Positions 1 to 10,130 of a stretch of DNA of 64,000 nucleotides are shown here, one piece after another. The stretch lies in contig CAVSOU010000007.1 of assembly GCA_963729625.1 (NCBI GenBank), positions 1 through 64,000 of the forward strand, in the 5' to 3' direction. The DNA is from an uncultured bacterium (GTDB taxonomy: Bacteria > Chloroflexota > UBA5177 > JANWHV01). The notes below the pieces were generated by a model that saw only the letters and a program-made list of their open reading frames with translations, did no database searches and was not told the DNA's origin. How positions within the stretch are numbered: position 1 is the first letter of the stretch; each line of letters begins with the position of its first letter. Position numbers and translations under genes: made by a program.

Positions 1-383
1 CCAGCGAGATGTTCGACATCTTGGTCGGAGCCTCCTCGCGCGATATTCGCCTTCATGTGTCATTGCGCGTGGAGTCCGCGCATCCACTGCCGGTTAGGCT
101 GGATATGCTGAGTCCGCTTCGCGACTGGCTACGGCATCCGGTCGGCCGGGCACGGCTACTGCCGTTAGCCACCAAGGTGAGCCACCAGCTGTTTGGCGCC
201 AATGCCGGAGCAGCTGCCGGCAAAGCAACGCCGGAGCTGGAGGAGACCTTCTTGACGGATATGCCGATTGCCAAGCTGGTGATGCTCAGCGATCTGACCG
301 AGAGCGACCTGGCGGCACTGGTTGACGAGGTGCGAAGCTCGAGCCGGGGCGCGCCGGCCCCACTCCGGGAGACGCTTGCTTGA
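1..383 (+). CDS. C-terminal part (Fn3-like domain) of a GH3 beta-glucosidase; runs in from the window edge
   Basis: FDILVGASSRDIRL is the typical GH3 C-terminal Fn3-like motif; frame is open to the left edge. Confidence 0.75.
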   Translation, partial: SEMFDILVGASSRDIRLHVSLRVESAHPLPVRLDMLSPLRDWLRHPVGRARLLPLATKVSHQLFGANAGAAAGKATPELEETFLTDMPIAKLVMLSDLTESDLAALVDEVRSSSRGAPAPLRETLA

Positions 384-590
384 CCATTGTGCCTCCGTGC
401 CTTTCGTTCCGGGGCGGTTGCCCGGCTCACGCTCAACGTGAAAGTAACTCTCCATCATTGGTCCCTACTTCGCAAGATCCTCTGCAAAGAAACGACGCGT
501 TGAACCGTCGGTGCCTCCGGCTGCCCTGTTGAGTACGGCGGCGCCGCCATCGGCTTGCACAGGCCGCGCACGCCAATGGCAGCTACAGGT

Positions 591-1614
591 CTACGGGTTG
601 ATGATCACTTGTTGCGATCTGGACTGTCCATCACCTCGAGGGCCTCGTGGATGTCCTTGAGCGGGAAACGGTGGAGATGATTTTCTCCGATATCCACCAG
701 TCCGTCTCCATCAGCATGTCGCCCTGCATCGCCAGCGGCGTGGTGCCGAAGCTGGCGTCCATGCGGCCTTCGAGAAAGTGCGTCGTGCCGCCGTCCAACT
801 CGAACTTCTCGTGCGTCGTGATCCCGAACACATTCCAGCGGGTTCCGCGGCGGAGCAGGTCGACCATGAGGTTGACGGCTTGGATGGGACCGGCGGCCTC
901 GACAACCAGGTCCGGGCCATTGGGGATGATGTCGTAGATCTGCCGCTTGGCGTCCGGGACGGGATCTACGGCGTGCGTGGCGCCGAGCTACAGGGCTTCC
1001 GGCGCGCATGGGGACTGGGGTCCACGGCGATCAGCCGGCCGGCGCCCGCGGCCCTGGCCACCATCAGGCACAGAAGCCCGATGCTGCCGACGCCGATGAC
1101 CACGACGTCTTCGCCCACCTGCATCTGGCTGTACTGGATGACGCCTTTCCACGCGCCGGACAACGGCTCGGTCAGCGCGGCTTGATCGAAGGTGACGGAC
1201 GGCGGTTTCCGGAACAGGCAGCTCTCCTTGGTCAGCATGTACTCGGCGAAGGCGCCGGACCGGACGTCCTCCGGGCCGTCGCCGCCGGTCGTGAAGGCTG
1301 CCCGCAGTAATGGGGATTGCCCGTGCGGCAGTGCTCGCAGAAGCCGCAGAAGCCGGAAGGCTTGCAGATGACTTCGTCGCCGACCTTGAAGTGGGTCACG
1401 CCCGGGCCGACCTCGGCCACCACGCCGCTGGGCTCATGGCCGGGAATGAAGGGGAACTTCACGTTGCGGCGCATGCCCTTGATGGCCTTGAAATCGGTGG
1501 CGCAGATGCCGCACGACTTGATCCTCACCACGCCGATCCCGTCGCGGTCGGCTGGGGCAGCGGGACCTGTTCCAGGCGAAGATCATCAAAATCGTGCAAC
1601 ACGGCGGCAAGCAT
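591..1614 (-). pseudogene. Zn-dependent (MDR) sugar/polyol dehydrogenase, multiply frameshifted
   Basis: Consecutive pieces lie in different frames: MLAAVLHDFDDLRLE (ATG 1614, RBS GAAAGGG); CGICATD..GHE..CGFCEHCRTG; GVGSIG Rossmann motif; VEAAG; HRFPLKDIHEALE..(V)IINP*. At least 4 frameshifts. Confidence 0.85.
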
Positions 1615-1908
1615 TGTTATCCCTTTCACGCTCGAGGTCAAATGCCGGCAAGACCTCCGCGTCGTCCGGCACCCTCGATACATCATCATACCGCCGGACG
1701 GCACGGTTTCTCTCTCTCGCTCGCCTGCCATGCTCGTTGCGAATCGGCTACGTCCAGGTGCGGCGCGGGATTGAGTTAGCTGGCCCTCCATTGGCTTGAC
1801 CCGATTTCGCACGCATGCTGGTCACTTTGGCCGACAACTATGCACGCTACACGATACGATTGATAGTGACCATCGACCAGTATTGCTGTGATCAGGGAAG
1901 GGGCGCTC

Positions 1909-2811
1909 GTGAAGCTGCGGCTGTTTCGGCATCTCTGGGGCATAGGGCGACCATGGGAAGAAGTATTTCCGCGGATCAAGGCCGCCGGCTACGAAGGCAT
2001 CGAGACAGGGTTGCAGGCCCCTGCCGACGAGCGCAGATTCATGACGCTCATGCGGGAGTATGGGTTTGCCTACATTGCTCAGATCGTGACGTCCGGCAAT
2101 TCTGTCGATGAACATCTCAAGTCATTCGCCGGTCACCTTCAACAGGCAACGACACTCAACCCACTGTTTGTCAATGCCCATAGCGGTCAGGACTCCTTCA
2201 GCGAAGAGGAATCGCACTCGTTCTTCGCGCAAGCACTGCGCCTCGAGGAGGAACCGGTATAGGTGCGCGAGACACATCGCGGCCGCATTCTCTATAACCC
2301 CTGGGTCACGAAGCGGTTGCTGGAACATTTCCCGAGCATGCGTCTGTGTGCCGAATTCAGCCACTGGGTTCTGGTCGGCGAGCGGCTGCTGGACGATCAG
2401 GCGGACGTTATCCGCCTCTGTGCTGCTCGTACGCTGCATATCCATGCGCGCGTCGGGTATGAAGAGGGCCCGCAAGTGCCAGATCCGCGCGCTCCGGAGT
2501 ACCGGGCGCACCTGAATCACGAGCGCTGGTGGGAGTGGGTATGGGCGGCGCAAACAGCGCATGAGGTTGCCAGCAGCACGCTCACGCCCGAGTTTGGGCC
2601 GCCGGGATACATGCATACCCTGCCCTACACAGCCATGCCTGTAGCGGATCTTTGGGCGATCTGCGATTGGCAGGCGCATCGCCAGGCATCGCGATTCGCC
2701 CTCTCGGCTACGCGGGGTAGCCTCCGCCCGACGACCGCAACTGCTTGCTCAACACGTGCAGGTCCTGGGCCGGCAGCCGGGCATCGCCGTGCCACGGGTC
2801 GGTCCAGGTAG
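1909..2811 (+). pseudogene. Sugar-phosphate isomerase/epimerase (xylose-isomerase-like TIM barrel) with an internal stop
   Basis: ORFs 1888-2262 and 2263-2811 share a frame and are split by TAG at 2260-2262; motifs ETHRGR, FSHW, HIHARVG, GPQVPDPRAPE, TPEFGP. Confidence 0.8.
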
Positions 2812-3177
2812 TTCAGAGCGTATTGTTCTGGACTCGTATGCAAGCGAGCATGATTGCTCTGCGGCCGCTTCACAGCCTTGCTAACATGCGCCGCATCGGC
2901 AAGTCGGCGCATCGGCGCGCAGGACCTCACGGCACTCCGCATAGCGATCCTCCATGAGCCTCACGATAGGCTCCCTCCGCACCGACGGTGACGTGGGCCT
3001 GGCGTCACGCCGGCGTCGCCGGCGATGTCGCACTTAGCGAATGCTCGATGTCCTCTTTGCATCCTCTTGGCTTGCGCTCTTTGGGCTCTTAACTCGCTGC
3101 CTTAGTGTGGAAACGTGGGGTCCGAGCCACATCGTTCAGCCTGAACCAAGCGGTCGGGCGCGGCATACGCCGCGCCC

Positions 3178-3560
3178 GTGTCGCCCGATCTGTCTGACCA
3201 TGGCACCGCCGGCGTTCTACCGGCCCGAATCGTCCGGCTGCTCACACCACATGCGAGCGCTTCTCCTCCAATTCCGGCACGCACCTTGCTGTATCTCCGC
3301 TTGGTCGTTTACGGCCTGATTCTCGTCCTGTCCGCATGCCTGGAGTTTATCGGACTCGACCAGGAAGGATATGCGAACACGCACTACGCAGCCGGCGTCA
3401 AGAGCATACTTACCAGCTGGCACAACTTCTTCTATGTCTCCTTCGACAGCGGCGGCTTCGTCACGCTCGACAAATCTCCGCTTGGCCTGTGGATCCAGGC
3501 TGCGAGTGCCAAGCTCTTCGGGCTCTCGGACTGAGCTTGCTCGTGCCTGAAGCCCTGGCT
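3178..3560 (+). pseudogene. N-terminal fragment of a GT39/ArnT-like (YkcB-type) membrane glycosyltransferase
   Basis: GYANTHYAAGVKSILTSWHNFFYVSFDSGGFVTLDKSPLGLWIQAASAKLFG matches the family N-terminus; frameshifts into LSLLVPEAL and then ends. Confidence 0.75.
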
Positions 3561-3657
3561 CTCCGTTGCTTCCCTCCCCTCCTTTTCCCCCCCGCGACCC
3601 CCGGAAGACGGACCGCGGCACCGGCGCCGGCGCCTTCACGTCCACTGCAAGCAAGAA

Positions 3658-4830
3658 TCAGAGTGGGTACCGTCCGAAATCTTCCGCGGCCCGGAAGAAG
3701 GCGACCACATTGCCGGGCGGAGCTTCCGGAGGAATGTTGTGAATGCTCGCGTAGAGATAGCCCCCTCCGACAGCAAGCGCTCGGATCTGTCGGGCGGCAT
3801 CGCGCCGGACAGCCTCCACGGAGTTGCCGGTCAAGATCGCGTTGTCGATGCCTCCGCCGAAAAAGCCCAAATGCTGACCAAATTCGTGTTTCAGACGATC
3901 GGCGTCCATGCCGCGGGCAGTGTATTGCACCGGATTGATGCCATCGATTCCAGCATCGATCAGGTCGGGAATGATACGGTAGATAGCGCCATCGGAGTGG
4001 ATGTAGACGCGTGCATCAACCAAGGAGTGAATGAAGTCTACCAGGCGACGAAGGCGGGGCTTGAAAATCCTCCTGAACATATCCGGGGAGAAGAGGAGGC
4101 CCTGCTGGCTGCCGTAGTCGTCGCTGATGATCACCAACTGCACGTACGGCCCCACTTCCGCCAGGAGCAATTGATAGTAGGGCTTCAAATGCTCCTCAAG
4201 AACGCGTTCGGCGAGATTAGCCGCATAGTCCGGACTGAGTGCGAGGTCGGTGAAGTACGCTTCGGTGCCGCGAAGGCTGCTTGCGATTTCGTAGATACCC
4301 CAGGCTCCGTCGGCGACAAGCCCGTAACCTTCCCCGTAGAGCGCTCTCGCCCGCTCACGCAACCCTTCGACGCTGGCGTAGCGCGAGACCGCGGGGAATG
4401 TGTAGGCACGCAGCTCGGAATACGACCCCTCATGCAGCGGCTGGTCCACCTGATTGTAGAACCCGCCACCCGCTTGGAAGCGCCGCCCGAACTGGTCAAC
4501 AAAGGCCCCACGATCGCTGTCCCACGCCAGTGGGCCCTCTCGCGGAACGAGAAACCGCGCATCGACGTCCAGCGCGTCTGTGAGCTGCGCATCCGGTTCC
4601 ACGATTTGCAAGATGCTATCCATGATTGGTGCGTCGGAAACGGGTGTACAGCCCAGATGCGCGAGTAAGTTCGCGTGTGCCAGCCTGTGGATCGAGCACG
4701 AAGGCCCACCAAACAGGACCGGTATGCGATCGGGTTCCCGGTGTGCCAGCGCCTCGACAAGGCGCGTTCGCCGCACCGGCGATCCATTAGGACGTGACGC
4801 TGTTGGTTCTGACGTGCTACTGCCTGGCAC
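3658..4830 (-). CDS. Uroporphyrinogen-decarboxylase (UroD/MtaA-CmuA) family protein
   Basis: REPDRIP N-terminus, SDDYGSQQG, HSDG, NPVQ, HNIPPEAPPGNV; GTG 4830 preceded by GAGAGGAGG. Confidence 0.85.
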   Translation of the reverse strand: MPGSSTSEPTASRPNGSPVRRTRLVEALAHREPDRIPVLFGGPSCSIHRLAHANLLAHLGCTPVSDAPIMDSILQIVEPDAQLTDALDVDARFLVPREGPLAWDSDRGAFVDQFGRRFQAGGGFYNQVDQPLHEGSYSELRAYTFPAVSRYASVEGLRERARALYGEGYGLVADGAWGIYEIASSLRGTEAYFTDLALSPDYAANLAERVLEEHLKPYYQLLLAEVGPYVQLVIISDDYGSQQGLLFSPDMFRRIFKPRLRRLVDFIHSLVDARVYIHSDGAIYRIIPDLIDAGIDGINPVQYTARGMDADRLKHEFGQHLGFFGGGIDNAILTGNSVEAVRRDAARQIRALAVGGGYLYASIHNIPPEAPPGNVVAFFRAAEDFGRYPL

Positions 4831-4901
4831 CGACAAACCTCCTCTCGAAAGCTGGCGAGCGCCGGTACGGCGACTCGACTTGCGCACGGACCCGCCAACA
4901 G

Positions 4902-5765
4902 CTACTTGACCGCACCAGCTACCAGCCCACGCACGAAGAAACGCTGGCCGACGATATAGACAAGCAACATGGGGACCGTGGCGATGAGCGCGCCGGTCAT
5001 GATGAGCGGCTGATTGAGAAAGTAACGCCCCTTGAACTCGGTCAGTCCAGCCATCAAGGTCCGCACCGAATCATCTTGCAAGAAGGTCAGCGCGATCAGT
5101 AACTCGTTCCAGACAAAGAGCGCGTTCACGATCACCAGTGTGATCAGCGCCGGCATGGAGAGCGGAAGGATTATTGCCGTGAAGGTGCGAAACTGCGAAC
5201 ACCCATCAATCGTAGACGCATCGATAATCTCCGCGGGGACGGTCCGAAAGAAGTTCGTCAACAGATAGACGGAAAATGGAATCATCAGGCCGGAATATAT
5301 GGCGATCGCGCTCCAGTAGGTGTTCACCATGTTGATATTCACCATCATGACGAACAGCGGGATGATCAGGATTACTGGCGGGATCACCATGAGAGCGATA
5401 AAGATGTTGAGCACGGTATCACGTCCGGGGAAACGCATTCGGGCCAGGGGATAGGCGGCGATGGCACTGAGCGCCGTGCAAAGCCCTACCGAGAGCACGG
5501 TGACGAGCACGCTATTCCACATCCAGCCCATCAACCGCCCGTCGGAAAAGGCCGTGGAGAAATTGCCGAGCGTTGGATGCCGCGGCAACCCCCACATGTT
5601 GACGAGGTACTCGTCCTTGCTCTTCAAGCTGGTCACGATAAGAAAATAGAGCGGCATGGCGGCGCCGACGCAGGCGACCAGGAGCACCGCCTGTCTGAGC
5701 GTGCCGGCCGTGGTGAAGAGAGTGCCGAATGGAGAGCGGCGACGTGGCGCCAGCGTGCTACTCAT
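4902..5765 (-). CDS. Carbohydrate ABC transporter permease (MalG-like)
   Basis: About 6 TM segments, EAA loop EIIDASTIDGCS, WNE motif, QRFFVRGLVAGAVK end. Confidence 0.93.
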   Translation of the reverse strand: MSSTLAPRRRSPFGTLFTTAGTLRQAVLLVACVGAAMPLYFLIVTSLKSKDEYLVNMWGLPRHPTLGNFSTAFSDGRLMGWMWNSVLVTVLSVGLCTALSAIAAYPLARMRFPGRDTVLNIFIALMVIPPVILIIPLFVMMVNINMVNTYWSAIAIYSGLMIPFSVYLLTNFFRTVPAEIIDASTIDGCSQFRTFTAIILPLSMPALITLVIVNALFVWNELLIALTFLQDDSVRTLMAGLTEFKGRYFLNQPLIMTGALIATVPMLLVYIVGQRFFVRGLVAGAVK

Positions 5766-6705
5766 CGCCGATTGCCTCCCCGCGCCGGACCGTGAATTGC
5801 AGCCCCACGAAAACCACGGTCACGCCAAGCAGCAGCACTGCGGCCGCCGCGGCGATGCCCTGCTGCCGGAAGGCGAACGCGTTCTGCCAGATGTAGTACT
5901 CCATGACCTGCGATGCGAATCCGGGGCCGCCGTTGGTCATCACATAGATGTAATTGAAGACACCGCTCATCATGTTGATGACCTCGACGACCACGAAGAA
6001 CTGGATCACACCACGCAGCTGAGGAAGAGTGACATGCCAGTGGATGCGCCACCAGCTCGCGCCGTCGATGCGCGCCGCCTCGAAAAGCTCTTCCCGGACT
6101 GACATCAGGCGCGCCAAGAACAGAACCGTGCCGAAGCCCAGCTCGTGCCAAATAATGACACTCATCACCGACGGGATCGCCAGGTCGGCCCTGCCAAGCC
6201 AATCCAGCGCCAGGGCCCCGAGGCCCAAAGTTCGAAGTGCCTGGTTGATCGGACCATTGTATTCGTACAAGAGGCCGAAAACCGTCCCGCCGACCGTGAT
6301 CGCAATGATGTACGGCACAAAGATCAGCGTGCGATACAGGCGCCAGCCGCGCACCCGCTCGAAGAGCAGGATCGCAAAGAGCAGCGACAGCACAACCAAG
6401 AACGGGATGGCCAGAAGCAGCTTTGCGTTGTCGCCGATGGCCTGCCAGAAGACAGGGTCCGTGAACACCAGGTTAAAGTTGGCGGAGCCCACGTACTGCG
6501 ACTCTCCGACACCGCCCGTCTGGGTGCTTTCCTGGAAGATGACAACCAGAGGGTATCCCAGGACCAGCCCCACTACACTCGCGGCCGGCAGGATGTAGAG
6601 GTACGGGAAGAGGGCGGCGCGTACGCCCCGCCCTCGCCTGCGCGGGGCATTGACCGAGATCGCACGGTCCGAAGCCGGACCCACGTGCGCTGCAGCCCGG
6701 GGCAC
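5758..6705 (-). CDS. Carbohydrate ABC transporter permease (MalF-like)
   Basis: YLYILPA, EAA motif ELFEAARIDGAS, TNGGPG; start placed at the in-frame GTG just after the SBP stop (uncertain). Confidence 0.92.
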   Translation of the reverse strand: MPRAAAHVGPASDRAISVNAPRRRGRGVRAALFPYLYILPAASVVGLVLGYPLVVIFQESTQTGGVGESQYVGSANFNLVFTDPVFWQAIGDNAKLLLAIPFLVVLSLLFAILLFERVRGWRLYRTLIFVPYIIAITVGGTVFGLLYEYNGPINQALRTLGLGALALDWLGRADLAIPSVMSVIIWHELGFGTVLFLARLMSVREELFEAARIDGASWWRIHWHVTLPQLRGVIQFFVVVEVINMMSGVFNYIYVMTNGGPGFASQVMEYYIWQNAFAFRQQGIAAAAAVLLLGVTVVFVGLQFTVRRGEAIGDE

Positions 6706-6707
6706 AG

Positions 6708-8054
6708 CTAGGAGCCGGATCCGATCCAGGCGGTAAACTGCTTCATCTCCGTCGGGTTGGATGCGCGCCACTGCCGCGCCGTGCGCTCCCACAGCTGGGC
6801 AGCCGCCGCCGGAGTGCCGCCGCTGGTGACGGTCTCGCCGGCGACCTGATCGCCATTAAGGTCGATCTGAGTAGGCACGAAGTTCTCGAGCCAGACACTC
6901 TTCATGCCAAGGTCCCATGCCAGCATTTGTCGCTGCAGAGGATCCGTGATCGATTTGGTGTTGAATCTGTCGTCGGCAGGGAAAGCGCCGGTAGTTTGGT
7001 TGAGCGCGGCGAGGCGTTCAGGCGTGTGCATGAACATGAGGAACATCGCGGCCTCGGTTTTGTGCGACGACCACGAAGTGATCATCTCACTGGACGACTG
7101 CGTCACGTCGTACCACGAGCTGAGCTTGCCGTTGCCGATTGGAGGCTCGCGGAAGACCCCTACGTTAGCCTCGCCGAGCACCTTGGCGAAACTGACGACG
7201 GTGGCGTCGGTGGTGAAGGTCATGGCAGCCTGTCCCTTCGCGAACGGCGTCGTGCCGTCGTTCAACTGAAGCGAAGCCACGTCGTCGTTGAGGTAGCCCG
7301 AGGTTCGCATCGTCTGCAGGGCGGTAAGCCAGTCGGTGAACTTCGAGTCGGTAAAGTGTGTCTGCCCAACGACCGCACGCTTCAAGTCGTCGATCGAGTT
7401 CAAGCTCCCCTTGCCGAAAGTACCCCAGAACCAGGCGCCGCCATACCCATCCTTATTGCCCATGGTAAACGGTGTGATCCCTTGGGCCTTGAGCTTGGCG
7501 CAGGCGCTCAGGAACTGTGCCCAGGTCGTCGGGGGGTTGTTTGGATCGAGGCCCGCCTTGCGGAACAGTGCCTTGTTGTAGACTACCGGGATGCCCATCA
7601 GATAGAGCGGCATACCCCACACTTTTCCGCCATAGAGGTTCTCCGAGGTGCCGACCCAATGCTTGATCTCGGACGCCGGGATAAGACCGCTCAGCGGCGC
7701 GATGGCGCCTGCCCAGGCCTGGGATACGACTGGAATCGTGGCCCATTGCGTTGCGATGTCAGGGCCGCGGTGCGCCGCGGCAGCGGCCTGGAAATTGCTG
7801 ATCAGAGCGTCGGTGCTTTGGATTTCGAGCTTGATCTGAATATTCGGATGAGCCTTCTCGAAGAGCGCGATCGTCTGGCGCATCCACTTGTCGGCGCCAG
7901 GGACGTCGCTTTCGGCCCACCAATAGTAGGTCACTGTGACAGTTGCGCTGGCACTTGAGTGCGCTGTAGCAACCATCGGCGATTGAGGACGAACAACGAC
8001 GGGAAGAAGCAGGAGCAACGCAGGTAGAAGATGCTTGAGTCGCGAGCTGATCAT
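6708..8054 (-). CDS. Sugar ABC transporter extracellular solute-binding protein
   Basis: Signal peptide; GPDI; VVYNKALFRKAGLDPNNPPTTWAQFL family-1 SBP motif; FAKGQAAM. Confidence 0.92.
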   Translation of the reverse strand: MISSRLKHLLPALLLLLPVVVRPQSPMVATAHSSASATVTVTYYWWAESDVPGADKWMRQTIALFEKAHPNIQIKLEIQSTDALISNFQAAAAAHRGPDIATQWATIPVVSQAWAGAIAPLSGLIPASEIKHWVGTSENLYGGKVWGMPLYLMGIPVVYNKALFRKAGLDPNNPPTTWAQFLSACAKLKAQGITPFTMGNKDGYGGAWFWGTFGKGSLNSIDDLKRAVVGQTHFTDSKFTDWLTALQTMRTSGYLNDDVASLQLNDGTTPFAKGQAAMTFTTDATVVSFAKVLGEANVGVFREPPIGNGKLSSWYDVTQSSSEMITSWSSHKTEAAMFLMFMHTPERLAALNQTTGAFPADDRFNTKSITDPLQRQMLAWDLGMKSVWLENFVPTQIDLNGDQVAGETVTSGGTPAAAAQLWERTARQWRASNPTEMKQFTAWIGSGS

Positions 8055-8194
8055 CGAAGCCCCCTACTGCTCGTGCGCGACGAGCACAGCTAACACACCA
8101 CTCCGGAATGAATGCCAAAAGGGACAATAACGGAAACCTACTCCTCGTTGCCTCAAACCTGGTTCTGCACCTCCCTATGTGGCTGATCCCGTCT

Positions 8195-8223
8195 ACTCTA
8201 GCACCGGCATCGCGCCTTGGCAA
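8195..8223 (-). promoter_or_regulatory. sigma70-type promoter of the ABC operon
   Basis: TTGCCA-17 bp-TAGAGT with an extended TG. Confidence 0.6.
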
Positions 8224-8341
8224 CAAATTCCGCACCTATCAATGCAGCGAATCGATCCGTGCCGCCCACGCTCGCCACGGTGGCAGCGACTTGTGCCAGG
8301 TCGTGCTAACGAGCCGGTACTCTTCGATTGTGCCAACGCCC

Positions 8342-9724
8342 TCACAGCGCGAGTGCAGTGATACCGGTGAGCTCGCAGAACGCCAGCAACTCTTCGTAGA
8401 GGTGCGCCCCGTAGCCTAGAACGGCATATTCGCTGGTCCAGTGCTCGATCAGTGACTCTATGTCGCAACGGGCGGTGACAAAAGCGTGGGGCCAGTGAGG
8501 GATGCCGCATTCTCGCCGGCGCTGCTCCACGTGCTCGGCAGCGGGCTCAAACACCGTGCAGCGCGCGAACAGCAGCTCGAACGCGCCGTCCGTCCGGCCC
8601 AGGTGAGCGAGCACTCCCTCGCCCGCCTTGCAGACAAGGTCGACAGACAGGCCGCCGGCCCCACCCTCGGTCGGGATGCCGTGGACGCCGAACCTGGCCG
8701 GCGCAGTCTTGCCGGCCAGCGAAGGCGGGCAGGCCCCGTCGCCGATGATCTTGATCTCGTTGTTGCTTTTGTCAATGTGCTGGAGGTCGCCGTAATACAC
8801 AGGTTCATCGCCCAGGTCATTCAGCAGCTTGACCGTCATCAGCGTGTTAAAGTCGCTCAATGTGGAGGTCGCCACGCGCCGGTCCAGCATCATGCTCTGG
8901 GCAAAACACGTGGCGCTGTAGTTGTCGCCCAGCCCGGGCATGGACTGAATGGTATAGGAATCCCAGCCTTCCTCAGCCATCTCTTTCTGCAGCGCCAGAA
9001 GAAGGCGTATGGAGCGGTCCGCCACGTCGTCCTCTGGGATAGGCACTGAGAACAGAGGCTGTATCTCGTTCCGCGCGCGCCGCAGCTCATCTTGAGATAT
9101 ATGCTTTGCAGTCTCCAGCAGCCGCGTCGTATCGCGCGAATCGATGTCCACGCCGAATACCTTCAACCACTGGGAGGGATCGGCCACGCCGCAGGTCTGT
9201 CCCATGCCGCGCCCGCCGAACACACCCACCGTGCTCATGTTCAGAGAATTCTTCACATGACTGGCCCGGCAATAGGCCAGGACGCGCTCGAGTGTGTGAG
9301 GGTCATCGTAGCCGCCGTAGACAAAGCGGTGCGGGATACCCACTTCCTTCAGCCCGCCGTGCATGACCAGGCCGCCCACCGGTCGCCAGCCCTGCGAGCC
9401 TGGGTTGGTCCAGAGCACGAGGCCCTTGCCGCTGAGCGCGAAATCGCGCAATGCCGAAACGAGATGGGCCGCCCACACCCAGGTGCCGGAGAAGAGGACC
9501 AGAGCGTCCAGGTCGTCAACCTTCTTGAAGCGGGCCAGGCACGCCCGGGCCTCCTGCTTGGAAGCGATGACCAGGTCCTCCACGACAAGCTCGGCTCCGG
9601 CGGCCTGGAGAGCCGCCTTGGCGTGCGCAACAATGGCGTCGTCGATGAACGGCTGGCCCATTGTATCCGGGAGTCCGTCCTTGTGGACGCCGTAAACAAC
9701 AAATCCAATCTTGGGTCGAACCAT
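8342..9724 (-). CDS. L-fucose/L-arabinose isomerase-like protein
   Basis: MVRPKIGFV start with RBS AGGAGGA; FGGRGMG, GACPPSLA, GEGVLAHLGR and C-terminal HWPHAF resemble the FucI/AraA fold. Confidence 0.7.
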   Translation of the reverse strand: MVRPKIGFVVYGVHKDGLPDTMGQPFIDDAIVAHAKAALQAAGAELVVEDLVIASKQEARACLARFKKVDDLDALVLFSGTWVWAAHLVSALRDFALSGKGLVLWTNPGSQGWRPVGGLVMHGGLKEVGIPHRFVYGGYDDPHTLERVLAYCRASHVKNSLNMSTVGVFGGRGMGQTCGVADPSQWLKVFGVDIDSRDTTRLLETAKHISQDELRRARNEIQPLFSVPIPEDDVADRSIRLLLALQKEMAEEGWDSYTIQSMPGLGDNYSATCFAQSMMLDRRVATSTLSDFNTLMTVKLLNDLGDEPVYYGDLQHIDKSNNEIKIIGDGACPPSLAGKTAPARFGVHGIPTEGGAGGLSVDLVCKAGEGVLAHLGRTDGAFELLFARCTVFEPAAEHVEQRRRECGIPHWPHAFVTARCDIESLIEHWTSEYAVLGYGAHLYEELLAFCELTGITALAL

Positions 9725-9940
9725 CGTATCTCCTCCTCGTTTGCTTCGTCTCACCGCCCGCGGCCGGCGACGGTTTGGCGTCGCACGTTCTGGCCATCAT
9801 CCTGCCTGGAACGGTGCACCGCCACGCTCGGTCAACTACTGCAGGGCCGGCCCGTCGCCAAGGCCCTCATCCGGCGATAGCGCCCACCGTCCACGAGGCA
9901 CGTCCCGCTGGGTAACCTGGAAGCCTGCAGAACCCCGTCT

Positions 9941-9969
9941 ACACTAGCACCGGCCTTTCGCATTGTCAA
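9941..9969 (-). promoter_or_regulatory. sigma70-type promoter of the isomerase gene
   Basis: TTGACA-17 bp-TAGTGT with an extended TG. Confidence 0.7.
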
Positions 9970-9978
9970 GCAAGGCAT

Positions 9979-10060
9979 GGTACCGGTAACGAGGTGCGCG
10001 ACACACCATTGCAACGGGGAAATCGAGGTGCTAGACTCTGCAGAAGCGGTACCGATACCG
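9979..10060. promoter_or_regulatory. Divergent promoter (TTGCAA-17-TAGACT, 10009-10037) flanked by two LacI-type operators
   Basis: CG-centred near-palindromes GGTACCGGTAAC (9979-9990) and CGGTACCGATACCG (10047-10060). Confidence 0.6.
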
Positions 10061-10130
10061 TGCGAAGTGAATCGCGGAGCGTGGCCGCGCATAGCCGCGC
10101 ACCGGTGAGCGTAGACACAAGAGGTATGAC

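Noticed and set aside
2260-2262. In-frame TAG as possible pyrrolysine or readthrough
   Set aside because: Neighbouring codons are also degraded relative to the family, adjacent genes are broken, and no pyl genes are present.
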